This document shows, in pieces, positions 8,011-17,852 of a DNA stretch of 64,000 bases; position 1 is the first letter of the stretch; every line of letters starts with the position of its first letter. Location: the NCBI GenBank assembly GCA_964594835.1, contig CAZQNA010000002.1, forward strand, positions 1 to 64,000, given 5' to 3'. This DNA is from an uncultured Nitrososphaerota archaeon. Lineage in GTDB: Archaea; Korarchaeota; Korarchaeia; Korarchaeales; Korarchaeaceae. Under the pieces are notes generated by a model, which made no database searches, was not told where the DNA came from, and saw nothing but the letters and a program-made list of their open reading frames with translations. The translations under genes were made by a program, and so were the position numbers.

Positions 8011-9204
8011 ATGGACTTCGTGAAGCACGTGTACGACAACGTCCACGGCTACATCGGTCTCACCCGGGTTGAGGTCTCCGTGGTGGACACGCCGACCTTT
8101 CAGAGGCTGAGGCGTGTGTCCCAGCTAGGACCGGCCCACCTCGTCTACCCCGGCGCCACCCACACGAGGTTCGCCCACAGCCTGGGCGCGATGCACCTGG
8201 CCGAGGCCCTGGCCAAGAGCGCCCTCCCCGAGGCAGACGCTCAGCTTGTCAGGCTGGCGGCCCTCCTCCACGACGTCGGCCACCCGCCCTTCTCCCACAC
8301 ACTCGAGGCCACCCTGGAGGTGAGCCACGAGCTGATGGGAAGGGCGGTGCTCAGGAGAGGCGAGCTGGCCGACGCCCTCTCGGCGGCCGGGTACAGTCCG
8401 GAGGAGGTGGCCGAGGTCGCGTGGGGGCACAAGAGACCGGAGTCCCTCCTAATCTCCTCTCCACTGGACGCCGACCGCCTGGACTACCTGCTGAGGGACT
8501 CCCTCCACACGGGAGTCACCTACGGCAGGCCTGACGTCCAGAGGATCCTCAGGGTGGTGAGAAAGGCCGAGCTGGGCGGCTCTCCGGTGCTCGCCATCCC
8601 GAGGAGGTCCCTCCACGCGCTGGAGCACTTTATCCTGAGCAGGACCTTCATGTTCAGGGCGGTCTACCTCCACAAGACAGTCGTCGCCTTCGAGCTGATG
8701 CTCCAGAGGACCTACGAGCTCGCGAGGGACATAGTGGGCCTCCCTGTGGGTGACGAGGTCCTGAGGCTGGTCGAGCTCTCTGGCTGGGCGCGGTTCGACG
8801 ATCACTCCGTAGCCTGCGCCCTGAGGGCCGCGTCTGCCGAGTCGAAGGAGGTGGACGAGGTCCTCTCGGACCTGGAGGCGAGGAGGCCCGTCAGGCTCGT
8901 GGCGGAGAGAGGGGGCGAGGACGGAGACAGGCTCACCGAGGTCGGGCACGAGGGCATAGCAGAGGAGGCCGGCGTCCCAGCCCACTGGGTCCTGGTGGGG
9001 TCTCCATCCCTGCCGTCCGCCAGCCACGCCGGGCTCATCGGCGTCGTGGAGGAGGACGGCTCCGTCGTCCCCCTGGAGTCGGTCCGCGGCGGGGTCATCC
9101 CTCCGGAAGTTCTCGTGACCGCCATAAAGACCGTCAGGGTTTATACGAGGCCCGAATACGCCAGGCGAGTCGCCGAGGCCGTCGAGAGGGTACTCAGGAG
9201 GTGA
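8011..9204 (+). CDS. HD-domain phosphohydrolase (SAMHD1/dNTPase-like)
   Basis: DNVHGYI, FQRLRRVSQLG, HTRFAHSLG, LLHDVGHPPFSH, DADRLDYLLRD. Confidence 0.92.
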   Translation: MDFVKHVYDNVHGYIGLTRVEVSVVDTPTFQRLRRVSQLGPAHLVYPGATHTRFAHSLGAMHLAEALAKSALPEADAQLVRLAALLHDVGHPPFSHTLEATLEVSHELMGRAVLRRGELADALSAAGYSPEEVAEVAWGHKRPESLLISSPLDADRLDYLLRDSLHTGVTYGRPDVQRILRVVRKAELGGSPVLAIPRRSLHALEHFILSRTFMFRAVYLHKTVVAFELMLQRTYELARDIVGLPVGDEVLRLVELSGWARFDDHSVACALRAASAESKEVDEVLSDLEARRPVRLVAERGGEDGDRLTEVGHEGIAEEAGVPAHWVLVGSPSLPSASHAGLIGVVEEDGSVVPLESVRGGVIPPEVLVTAIKTVRVYTRPEYARRVAEAVERVLRR

Positions 9205-9211
9205 ATCGGAG

Positions 9212-9886
9212 GTGCCCAGACTCAGGCTCGCGATACTGGACCTCGACCAGACGCTGCTGGACACCCTCAGGAGGTTCCACGTCGCCTTCTCGGAGGTGCT
9301 CTCGAGCGTGGGTGGGGGGCCCCCCTGCTGGGACGAGTTCGTGAGGATGTACGCCGAGGACAGGCTGGACGAGTACATAGCGGGGGGCGTAGACAAGGCC
9401 GAGTTCTGGCGAGAGTTCGCCAGGAGGCACGCCGAGCTGAGGCACCCAGAGGATAGGCTCATAGAGGGTGCGAGGGAGGCGCTCGAGGAGCTCAGGACCA
9501 TGGGAATGAGGATCGTGATCACCACGGGCAGGCGGACCACGAGAGAGGCCCTCTGGGAGGAGCTCAGGAGGTTCGGCCTGGCAGACCTGGTGGACGAGGT
9601 CTACACCCTGGGCCAGCACGAGCCGAACTCCGGCGGGCTGTGGCACCGGCACGAGCTGATCCAGAAGATCTTGGAGGACTTCGACGTCGGGCCGGAGGAG
9701 GCCGTGTTCGTGGGGGACTACTGGGTCGACGTCGAGTCGGCCAGGCTGGCCGGCGTCCTGTCGATCGGCGTGCTGACCGGACTGGAGCCGGAGGAGAGGC
9801 TGAGGAGGAAGGGGGCGGATCACGTCATCCCCGGGATCTGGGAGCTCCCCTCCCTCCTGAGGTCCCTCAGTCCCCGCGACCCCTGA
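9212..9886 (+). CDS. HAD-superfamily hydrolase
   Basis: DLDQTLLDT motif I; FVGDYWVD motif IV. Confidence 0.9.
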   Translation: MPRLRLAILDLDQTLLDTLRRFHVAFSEVLSSVGGGPPCWDEFVRMYAEDRLDEYIAGGVDKAEFWREFARRHAELRHPEDRLIEGAREALEELRTMGMRIVITTGRRTTREALWEELRRFGLADLVDEVYTLGQHEPNSGGLWHRHELIQKILEDFDVGPEEAVFVGDYWVDVESARLAGVLSIGVLTGLEPEERLRRKGADHVIPGIWELPSLLRSLSPRDP

Positions 9887-10274
9887 CCACCTCGTACTCG
9901 GTCGTGACCTCCGCCCCCGACCTCCTGACCATGACGCTGGCGGAGCAGTACTTGACCTGAGAGAGCTTGATTGCGTCCCTCAAGACCCTCTCGTCCACGT
10001 CTCCGTGGACCACGTACCTTATCCTCACCTTTGTGAACACCCTCGGGGGGTCCGGCGCTCTCTCGGCCTCGGCCACGACCTCCAGCCTCTCGAAGGACTG
10101 CCCGTTCCTCCTGAGGATCTCCGCGACGTCGACGGCGGTGCACCCGGCGACGCCCATGAGGACGAGCTGCATGGGGGACGGGCCGAGCCTTCCCTCTCCG
10201 TCTACGACTATCCCAGGGCCGTCAGCGTCCCCGACGAAGGTCATTTCACTCAGCAGCCTCACCCTCGCCCTCAT
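9867..10274 (-). CDS. OsmC family protein
   Basis: GPSPMQLVLMGVAGC...KYCSAS. Confidence 0.9.
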   Translation of the reverse strand: MRARVRLLSEMTFVGDADGPGIVVDGEGRLGPSPMQLVLMGVAGCTAVDVAEILRRNGQSFERLEVVAEAERAPDPPRVFTKVRIRYVVHGDVDERVLRDAIKLSQVKYCSASVMVRRSGAEVTTEYEVVRGRGD

Positions 10275-10327
10275 CGTCTGTCCCAGGGCGCCGATCGGTC
10301 GGTAAGGTATTTCTTTGGGGGCGTCCG

Positions 10328-10642
10328 GTGGCGCGCAGAATGATCGTGGTGACGACCCCCCACATACCCGGTCACAGGATAGTTCGGGTGTTGGGACTCG
10401 TACACGCGACTTCTGTCAGGACGAGGGGGGTTGGGGGCCAGCTCGCGGCGGCCCTTCAGAGCCTCGTGGGCGGGGAGGTGTACGCATACGTCTCGGAGGT
10501 GGAGAAGGCCAGGTCGGAGTGCCTGCAGTGGTTGATCTCCAAGGCCGCGGAGATGGGGGCCAACGCCGTCGTGGGGATTGACTTCGAGACGACCGAACTC
10601 TTGCAGGGGGCCATCGTGATAAACGCGTGGGAACGGCCGTGA
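10328..10642 (+). CDS. ybjQ: YbjQ/UPF0145 heavy-metal-binding family protein (C-terminus frameshifted)
   Basis: MIVVTTPHIPG..I...LGLV, GGEV..Y, MGANAVVGIDF; the conserved GTAV end lies in another frame after the G run at 10629-10631. Confidence 0.8.
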   Translation: MARRMIVVTTPHIPGHRIVRVLGLVHATSVRTRGVGGQLAAALQSLVGGEVYAYVSEVEKARSECLQWLISKAAEMGANAVVGIDFETTELLQGAIVINAWERP

Positions 10643-10730
10643 TCGCCGAGCCGGACGAGAGGGGTGGGGGATGGGCCGCCCCCGGAGTTCCACTCAGAAG
10701 TGAAAGATGTGGAGGGGGCGTTCAGGGGGA

Positions 10731-11693
10731 TCACGAACCCTTCTCCCTGCCTCTTAGGGCCGGGACGACCCTCTCCAGAAGGAGACCCCGCAGGCCCCGC
10801 GGGAGGTAGAGGATGGACACCATCAAGACGAGCCCGTAGACGATGGTGTAGCCCTGCGGGATCCACTTCCTGAGGATCTCCTCGGCCAGGTATACCGACA
10901 CCGCGCCCATTATCGGCCCTGAGAGCGTGTACAGCCCGCCGAAGATGGGCATTATCATGGCGGCCACGGATATCGCGACGCTGAACACCTCGTAGGGGTA
11001 AACGTACGTGGTGTAGCCAGCGTCGAATCCCCCGGCCGCCCCCGCCAGGAACGCGCTGATGACGAAGGCGAGCACCTTGTACTTGGTCGTGTCGATTCCC
11101 AGCATGGCCGCTGCGTCCTCGTCCTCCCTTATGGCCGCGAGCGCGTAGTTGACCCCCGTGACCTCGAGGAGCCTCACTATGGCGGCGGACGCGACCACGA
11201 GGCCGAGTATGTAGGCGTAGGACAGGGGCACGTTTCCGCCGAAGAGGGGCTCGATCCCTATGCCTTGGGCCCCGAACGTGTACTTCCTCGCGTAGAGGAA
11301 GATGACCTTCAGGGCCTCGGCGAACGCGAGCGTGCCTATGGAGAAGTAGGCGCCCTTTATCCTCAGGGTCAGGAAGCCCAGCCCGACCGCCACGGCCGCG
11401 GCGGAAAGCCCGCCGACCAGGGGACCGAACTCCACCGGCACCCCCTCGTGGACGGAGAGCATGGCTATGGCGTAGGCCCCTATGCCGTAGAACGCCGCGT
11501 GGCCAACGCTCATCTGACCGGCCCTGGCGAGGATGTCGAAGCTTATGGCCAGGACTATGAACTTCAGGGCGTTTATCCCGAGCCGAGCCGGGTAGGGTCC
11601 GAGGAAGGCGGGCAGCAGCGCGACGGCCAACCCCACGATCCAGATGATGGGAGCCCTCTTTTTGAGCCACGCCTCGGCGACCGCCATCTCCAC
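10731..11693 (-). CDS. livM: Branched-chain amino acid ABC permease
   Basis: GQMSVGHAAFYGIGAY, LRIKGAYFSIGTL, AIREDEDAA..LGI. Confidence 0.92.
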   Translation of the reverse strand: MEMAVAEAWLKKRAPIIWIVGLAVALLPAFLGPYPARLGINALKFIVLAISFDILARAGQMSVGHAAFYGIGAYAIAMLSVHEGVPVEFGPLVGGLSAAAVAVGLGFLTLRIKGAYFSIGTLAFAEALKVIFLYARKYTFGAQGIGIEPLFGGNVPLSYAYILGLVVASAAIVRLLEVTGVNYALAAIREDEDAAAMLGIDTTKYKVLAFVISAFLAGAAGGFDAGYTTYVYPYEVFSVAISVAAMIMPIFGGLYTLSGPIMGAVSVYLAEEILRKWIPQGYTIVYGLVLMVSILYLPRGLRGLLLERVVPALRGREKGS

Positions 11694-11694
11694 G

Positions 11695-12564
11695 TCACCT
11701 CCTGAAGAGGCCCTCGGGCTTCACGGCCAGAACGAGCACGATGATCGCGAATGCAACGCCTGGGGCCAGCCCAGAGCCCTGCGGGAAGAACGCGCCCACC
11801 AGCGACTCAGAGATGCCGAGAACCAGGCTCGCCACGAGCATGCCCACGTAGCTCCCCATCCCGCCTAGGATGACGACGCTGAACGCCTTCAGCGTGAGTT
11901 CCACGCCGACGTAGGGGTGGATGTAGAGGTTGATGGCGACGAGCACCCCCGCCACTCCCCCAAGGGCCGCCGCCAGCCCGGACACCAGGGCGTATATCCT
12001 GTTCACGTTCACTCCGAGCAGGGACGCTGCCTCGGGATCCTGGCTAACCGCCCTGACGGCGTACCCCAGCTTCGACCACTTCAGGAAGGCGAAGAATCCC
12101 AGGGTGAAGGCCGCCGCTATGGAGAAGGCTATGAGCCTCCCGTAGCCGAGCGTCACCGGGCCTACGGAGACGGTCTTTGACACGTAGGGTATGTCGAGCG
12201 TCCTCAGGTCCGACCCCCAGGCTATCAGGGCGAGGCTCTGGAGGAACACTGAGAGGCCGAAGGTCAGCGCTATCTGGTTGTGGGCCGGCGCCTTCAGGAT
12301 GGGCTTGAAGAAGAGCAGGTAGACGACCAGCCCGACGCCGAACAGGACGAGGAACACGATGGGAATCGAGGCGATCGGGTCCACTCCGGCGAGCCTGTTC
12401 AGCCAGAGGGTCGCGTACGCCCCTATCATGATGAGGTCGCCGTGGGCGAAGTTCGTGATCTCCAGGACCCCGAAGAGCAGGTTGAGCCCGAGGGTCACCA
12501 GCGCGTAGAAGCCCGCCAGGAGGATGCCGTTTGCGATTGCCTGGACGAGAAGGTCAACGTTCAT
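11695..12564 (-). CDS. livH: Branched-chain amino acid ABC permease
   Basis: GLNLLFGVLEITNFAHG, RAVSQDPEAASLLGVN, VVILGGMGS. Confidence 0.93.
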   Translation of the reverse strand: MNVDLLVQAIANGILLAGFYALVTLGLNLLFGVLEITNFAHGDLIMIGAYATLWLNRLAGVDPIASIPIVFLVLFGVGLVVYLLFFKPILKAPAHNQIALTFGLSVFLQSLALIAWGSDLRTLDIPYVSKTVSVGPVTLGYGRLIAFSIAAAFTLGFFAFLKWSKLGYAVRAVSQDPEAASLLGVNVNRIYALVSGLAAALGGVAGVLVAINLYIHPYVGVELTLKAFSVVILGGMGSYVGMLVASLVLGISESLVGAFFPQGSGLAPGVAFAIIVLVLAVKPEGLFRR

Positions 12565-12614
12565 TTGTCCTCGGACCTCCTTCGAGTCTCAAAAAAGAGG
12601 TTTTGGGGAGGGGC

Positions 12615-13829
12615 TCACCCGCCCCTCTCGGCCCAGGTGGGGACGGGGTAGATCAGCTCCCCGGTCTTGAACTCATCCGGGTAGAGTATCACGACGGTGC
12701 CGCCCTGCCACTGCACAACGTAGAGCTTGTCGACCACTTGGTGGAGCGTGTTGCCCGTCTGCTTGAAGCTCACCGGCCCCAGCGGGGAGTCCATCTGGAC
12801 GCTCTCCAGGCCGGAGATCAGGGCCTCCCTGTCGAGGCTGCCCGCGTTCTCAATTCCCTGGGCGACCATCTTGATGGCGGTGTAGCAGAACGGGGCCCAG
12901 TACTCGGGCAGCCTGCCGTACTGGGACTGGAACTTGGCCACGAAGTCCTTGGCCTGCGGGATGTCGAGGTAGGGGCTCCAGACGTCCACGCCCGCCACGT
13001 AGTCGCCGATGTCCTTCGGGTACTCCGGGAACTCGGGGGCCACGATGAAGATCAGCTTGGGGTTGAAGTCGTTCTCCTTGGCGTTCCTGAAGAACACCGG
13101 GTAGTCCGCCGGGTAGCCGACGATGTAGAACACGTCGGGGTCGTAGTCCTTGGCCTTCAGGATTATGGCCGAGAAGTCGGAGCTTCCGGACTTGAATGGC
13201 TCACCCCTCACGTCCCACGGGGCGCCGACCTCTCTGCTCATGTTGACGAAGTAGCTGTAGCTGGTGGAGCCGTAGACGCCGTCCTCATAGGCGACGAAGA
13301 TCTTCTGGGGAGTCGGGCTGATGTAGTGGAGGAAGTAGTCGATCACCGTCCCCTGCCTGTGGTAGTCCCAGGGATGCATGTGGAAGAACCAGCGCTCCTT
13401 CCCCACCAGGCCCTCGACCTTGACCGAGGAGGCCCCCATGACGAAGACTATCGGCTGGTACTGCTTGATGGCGTTCATGGTGGCGTAGGTGACCGTGGAG
13501 GAGTAGAAGCCGACTATGATGGGAACCTGCTCGTTGGTGATGAGGTCCGTCGCGACCGTTATGGCCGTGTTCGGGTCTCCCTTGTCGTCCTTGACCACCA
13601 GCTCGATCGGCTTGCCCAGGACTCCGCCGTTCGCGTTGATCTCCTCGACGGCCATCTGCATTCCCCTGTAGCACTCCTGACCGGCAGAGGCGAACGACGC
13701 GGTGGAGAGCGGCAGGACTATGCCCACCCTCACGCTCTCCGGCCCCTTCTCTCTGCCAGAGTACACGTAGTATACCCCTCCGAGTATGACGACTAGAGCC
13801 ACTATGGCCACGAGAGGCTTCCAATCCAT
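12615..13829 (-). CDS. livK: Branched-chain amino acid ABC substrate-binding protein
   Basis: N-terminal anchor; AVEEINANGGVLGKPIELVVKDD. Confidence 0.92.
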   Translation of the reverse strand: MDWKPLVAIVALVVILGGVYYVYSGREKGPESVRVGIVLPLSTASFASAGQECYRGMQMAVEEINANGGVLGKPIELVVKDDKGDPNTAITVATDLITNEQVPIIVGFYSSTVTYATMNAIKQYQPIVFVMGASSVKVEGLVGKERWFFHMHPWDYHRQGTVIDYFLHYISPTPQKIFVAYEDGVYGSTSYSYFVNMSREVGAPWDVRGEPFKSGSSDFSAIILKAKDYDPDVFYIVGYPADYPVFFRNAKENDFNPKLIFIVAPEFPEYPKDIGDYVAGVDVWSPYLDIPQAKDFVAKFQSQYGRLPEYWAPFCYTAIKMVAQGIENAGSLDREALISGLESVQMDSPLGPVSFKQTGNTLHQVVDKLYVVQWQGGTVVILYPDEFKTGELIYPVPTWAERGG

Positions 13830-13977
13830 ACGAATCTCCTCCAGAGGGAGTTGTCCCGGGCCACCGCGGGCAAATCTTAAAGGGTTCGATCACGGCCTCA
13901 CCCGAGATCGGCGGGTGTCGTTGACTCAGTCGCATCAATCGTCCAGCGGTCCCACCATTGCGGAGTGAGTTACGTGA

Positions 13978-14802
13978 GTGGTCAGGGAGGTGTCCAGCGT
14001 GAGGGGAAGGGGGATAGTGGCGATATCGGGTCCACCGGATCTCGAATATGACGGCTCAGTGCTGAGGGTCGAGGACGTCTGGAAGCGCTTCGGCGGCCTA
14101 CAGGCCCTGCGGGGCGTGACGCTCGACGTCAAGCCGGGCGAGGTCCTGGGGGTCATAGGGCCCAACGGGGCCGGCAAGACGACCCTGTTCAACGTCATGA
14201 CCGGCTTCCTCCCGCCGGACAGGGGGAGGGTCCTCGTGTTCGGTCGCGACGTCACGGGCAAGAGGCCCCACCTCCTCAGCAGGCTGGGGGTGGCCCGGAC
14301 GTTCCAGATCACCAAGCCCTTCGAGGGGCTCAGCGTGCTGGAGAACGTCCTGGTCGGCCTCCTCTTCTCGGGCCGCGTCTCAAGCAGGGTCAGGAGGGGG
14401 CTTTCGGACCTCAGGAGAGAGGCTGTCAGGATCCTCGAGATCGTCGGCCTGAGGGAGAAGAGGGACCTCCCCGGTCACAGCCTCACGGTGGTGGAGAGGA
14501 AGAGGCTCGAGCTGGCGAGGGCCCTCGCGGTGAACCCGAGGATCCTCCTGCTGGACGAGGTGATGGCAGGCCTCTCCCCGAGGGAGGTGGAGTGGGAGCT
14601 CGGCATGCTTAGGCAGGTGAAGGAGGAGCGGGGGCTGACCATCGTGATGATCGAGCACGTCATGAGGGCCATAATGAACTTCAGCGACAGGGTCGCCGTT
14701 CTCCACCACGGCGAGAAGATAGCCGAGGGCACCCCGCAGGAGATAGCGAGCGACCCGAGGGTCATCGAGGCCTACCTAGGTGACCAGAATGCTGTCGGTT
14801 GA
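13978..14802 (+). CDS. livG: Branched-chain amino acid ABC ATP-binding protein (true start may be downstream)
   Basis: GPNGAGKTT, LLLDEVMAGL, IEHVM, VIEAYLG. Confidence 0.92.
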   Translation: MVREVSSVRGRGIVAISGPPDLEYDGSVLRVEDVWKRFGGLQALRGVTLDVKPGEVLGVIGPNGAGKTTLFNVMTGFLPPDRGRVLVFGRDVTGKRPHLLSRLGVARTFQITKPFEGLSVLENVLVGLLFSGRVSSRVRRGLSDLRREAVRILEIVGLREKRDLPGHSLTVVERKRLELARALAVNPRILLLDEVMAGLSPREVEWELGMLRQVKEERGLTIVMIEHVMRAIMNFSDRVAVLHHGEKIAEGTPQEIASDPRVIEAYLGDQNAVG

Positions 14803-15487
14803 GGGCCTGGAGGCGGGCTACGGGGACGTCCAGGTCCTGTGGGGGGTGTCCCTCCGGGTCGAGAGGGGGGAGGTCGTGGCCCTCCTGGGCTCGAACGGCG
14901 CGGGCAAGACCACTACCCTCAGGGCGATATCCGGCCTCCTCAGGCCCACCTCTGGCAGGATCACCTTCGACGGCGTGGACATCACGGGGAAGCCAGCCCA
15001 CGAGATAGTCAGGCTGGGCGTGAGCATGGTGCCGGAGGGGAGGAGGCTCTTCCCGAAGATGACCGTGTACGAGAACCTGAGGATGGGCGCCTACCTGGTC
15101 GGGGGGGACGTTAGGGACAGGCTGGAGATGGTGTACTCACTGTTCCCAATTCTGAGGGAGAGGAGGGACCAGCTGGCGGGGACCCTCAGCGGGGGAGAGC
15201 AGCAGATGCTCGCCATAGGGAGGGGCCTGATGTCCTCCCCCAGGCTGCTAATGCTCGACGAGCCGAGCCTGGGCCTCGCCCCCAAGATAGTTCAGGAGGT
15301 CCTGAGGGCCGTCCAGCAGATAAGGGAGGAGGGCGTCACCGTTCTCCTCGTCGAGCAGAACGTCCAGCAGGCGCTCTCCATAGCCGACAGGGGGTACGTC
15401 ATAGAGACCGGGAGGATAGTCCTCGAGGGCACCGGCGGGGAGCTGCTTGAGAACGAGCACGTCAAAACCGCCTATCTCGGACTCTGA
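14789..15487 (+). CDS. livF: Branched-chain amino acid ABC ATP-binding protein
   Basis: GSNGAGKTT, VPEGRRLF, LSGGEQQMLAIGR, LDEPSLGLAP, VEQN. Confidence 0.95.
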   Translation: MLSVEGLEAGYGDVQVLWGVSLRVERGEVVALLGSNGAGKTTTLRAISGLLRPTSGRITFDGVDITGKPAHEIVRLGVSMVPEGRRLFPKMTVYENLRMGAYLVGGDVRDRLEMVYSLFPILRERRDQLAGTLSGGEQQMLAIGRGLMSSPRLLMLDEPSLGLAPKIVQEVLRAVQQIREEGVTVLLVEQNVQQALSIADRGYVIETGRIVLEGTGGELLENEHVKTAYLGL

Positions 15488-15654
15488 TGGGAGACTCGAG
15501 TCAGCAGGGCCCTTCCCGGATCCAAACGGGGATCAGTGCCCCGATCCGGGCTCGGCGGCCTGGCAGGGAATGGGCGGGGCCGACGTTGCCTCACAGAACC
15601 TGACGGATCGCCCGCGGTAAAGGCTAATTTTACACTCCACGCCCACCAGGGGAG

Positions 15655-17676
15655 ATGAGGTCGACCTTCCTCATCCCGCTCCTGGCGCTTCTGGCCATCT
15701 CCCCCGCGCCGGCGGCCGGTCAGCCGACCGCCGGGAACGGCGGGATCCTCATCTGGACGGTCGAGAACGTGGGCGCGGTCAGAGACCTGAGCTGGTCTCC
15801 CGACGGAGGCCTCATAGCCGCGGTCGTGGAGGACGGGGTCCTGGCGCTGAACTCCTCCACCGGCGAGGTGGTCTGGTCCCTGAACGTCGAGGGGCCTCTC
15901 GGCGTGGACTGGTGCCCCTCAGGACTCTTAGGCGTACTCACGGAGGACACGGTCCTGATAGTCGGTGAAGGCGGACGGGAGAGGGCCAGGGTCGGGCTGA
16001 GGGCCGGGGGAGATGAGGGCATGCTGGCGTGGTCCCCCGACTGCCAGACCCTCGCGGCCGGCGTCTCTAGGCTTGTTAGGGGCGGCAGGAGGGCTACGCT
16101 CACGATGATCAGCGCTCAGGGCCGCCTGATCACTACGCTCGATCTGGAGGAGGCCATCTCCTCCATGAGGTGGTCGGGGGACGGAGAGCTCCTGGCGGTC
16201 GGGCTCGAGAACGGCAGGCTCTCGGTGTTCTCCAGGGATGGGGTCCAGGCCTGGACGGCCAGGGCTGGTCTAGCCCTTGAGTACGGGGACGCCCTCCTCT
16301 CGCTGGCCTGGTCGCCGGACTCCTCTAGGCTCGTGGCCGGACTCGCCAGCTCCGTCATTGTATGTTACGGCTCCGAGGGTAGGGAGAGCTGGAGGTCTCC
16401 CCCGGGAGACGCACCGGTCTCCTCGCTCGACTGGTCCCCCCACGGGATAGCAGCGGCCTACGGCGAGAGGGTGGTCCTCCTCAACGAGGGCGGAGCCGAG
16501 GTGTGGTCCACCCCGAGCTACGGGAGGCCAGTAGAGAAGGTCCGCTGGAGCCCGAGGGGAGACAGGCTGGCCGTCCTCTCCCATAGGTGGATGGTGATCC
16601 TGTCCCACCGGGGAGACCTGCTCCTGTCCACCGGGGTCCTTCCAGGGATCGCCCTCGCCATGTGCTGGAGCCCCACCTCCGGCGCCGTGGCGGTCGGGGG
16701 CGACTTCGGGGCTTCCGCCTTCGTGGCCTCACCCGCGGAGGTTCAGCCCCTCCCGCCGGTCGCGCTGGTCGGGGAGGGAACGACGCTCAACCTGTCTCTG
16801 GAGAACTCGGCCCCTTCGGCCGTGGAGGCCACGCTCAGGGTGAAGCTGGACGGGATCCCCCTGACCGAGAGGGAGATCATGCTGCCCCCCGGGCGGACCT
16901 GGGTGCCCGTGGAGGTAGGGGCTCCCCCGGGGGAGCACCTGCTGGAGGTCGAGGTCGAGTCGCCGGGAGGGGTGTCCTCGACGTCCACCGAGGTGACCTT
17001 GCTGGAGCCCCTCGAGCTGGCTGCGTGGGCCTTTCACTCCCCGGGGAACCCCGTGAGGCTGACTCTGGCAATCTCCAACCCCAACCCGATGACGCTCTCG
17101 GCTCGACTGGTCGTCCGAGACGGGGGTGCGGACGCAGCCAGCAGGCCGATCGACCTCCCGCCGGGGCCGACCTACGAGAACCTCACCCTATCCTTGGATC
17201 CGGGGGTCCACCTCCTGGAGGTCCTCGTCCTCGGGTCATCAGGTTCGGTCTTGGCCAGGGGGGACCTCAGGGTTCCGGTGGTCGGGGCCTCCGTCCCCCT
17301 GACCCTCGGGGTCCAGGAGGGGCTCAAGGTCGGATCAGCCGCGGTCGAGGTGGCCGTTGAGAACCCCTATCCGCTTCGCCTCAACGCCACGCTGGAGGCC
17401 TGGATCGACTCTCAGCTCGTCCTCCGCCAGAACATCACCCTCGAAGAGGGTGAGAGCCGCAGGATCGTCCTGGAGGTGCCGGCCGGAGCGCACTCGGTCC
17501 TTTCGCGCGTCTCCTGCTCCGGCTTCATCCTGGCCGAGGAGAGCGTGACGGTCTCGGTCACCCCAACTTGGCTGGTGGCGGCGCTGGCAGCGGCGGCTGT
17601 CTTCCTGGCGGCCGCGGCGGCTTCCAGGCTCAGGCGAGGGCTCGGGAGGGAAGCTGAGGTCGAGTCAGCTAGGTAG
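15655..17676 (+). CDS. Secreted WD40/beta-propeller plus Ig-like surface protein
   Basis: Signal peptide; about 8 'W-S/C-P-x-G' blades; three NP-containing Ig-like repeats; C-terminal TM plus RLRR. Confidence 0.8.
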   Translation: MRSTFLIPLLALLAISPAPAAGQPTAGNGGILIWTVENVGAVRDLSWSPDGGLIAAVVEDGVLALNSSTGEVVWSLNVEGPLGVDWCPSGLLGVLTEDTVLIVGEGGRERARVGLRAGGDEGMLAWSPDCQTLAAGVSRLVRGGRRATLTMISAQGRLITTLDLEEAISSMRWSGDGELLAVGLENGRLSVFSRDGVQAWTARAGLALEYGDALLSLAWSPDSSRLVAGLASSVIVCYGSEGRESWRSPPGDAPVSSLDWSPHGIAAAYGERVVLLNEGGAEVWSTPSYGRPVEKVRWSPRGDRLAVLSHRWMVILSHRGDLLLSTGVLPGIALAMCWSPTSGAVAVGGDFGASAFVASPAEVQPLPPVALVGEGTTLNLSLENSAPSAVEATLRVKLDGIPLTEREIMLPPGRTWVPVEVGAPPGEHLLEVEVESPGGVSSTSTEVTLLEPLELAAWAFHSPGNPVRLTLAISNPNPMTLSARLVVRDGGADAASRPIDLPPGPTYENLTLSLDPGVHLLEVLVLGSSGSVLARGDLRVPVVGASVPLTLGVQEGLKVGSAAVEVAVENPYPLRLNATLEAWIDSQLVLRQNITLEEGESRRIVLEVPAGAHSVLSRVSCSGFILAEESVTVSVTPTWLVAALAAAAVFLAAAAASRLRRGLGREAEVESAR

Positions 17677-17852
17677 CCCGGGCCGCCGGCCACCAACCCT
17701 CGGCGCCACGGCCGGCGACGCGACCCCGCAGCCGGGCTAGGAAGCTCCCAGGTTGCCCTGAGGTCGTTCTGACCAGCCCACCGCGGCTCGACCGGCCGCT
17801 GACCTCGAATCGTTTAAAGAATCCCGCCGGGTAGAAGTTTTCGGGTCGCACC

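Noticed and set aside
13880-13900. GGTTCGATC resembling a tRNA T-loop (also GGTTCGAC near 41049)
   Set aside because: No cloverleaf can be built around either.
15515-15550. Hairpin CCCGGATC...GGGG-loop-CCCC-GATCCGGG downstream of livF, considered as an H/ACA RNA
   Set aside because: No K-turn, pseudouridylation pocket or correctly spaced ACA; a single GC-rich hairpin is expected by chance or as a 3' stabiliser.
17735-17810. AGGAAGCTCC resembling the RNase P RNA P4 5' strand
   Set aside because: The intergenic space is too short and there is no matching 3' P4 strand.
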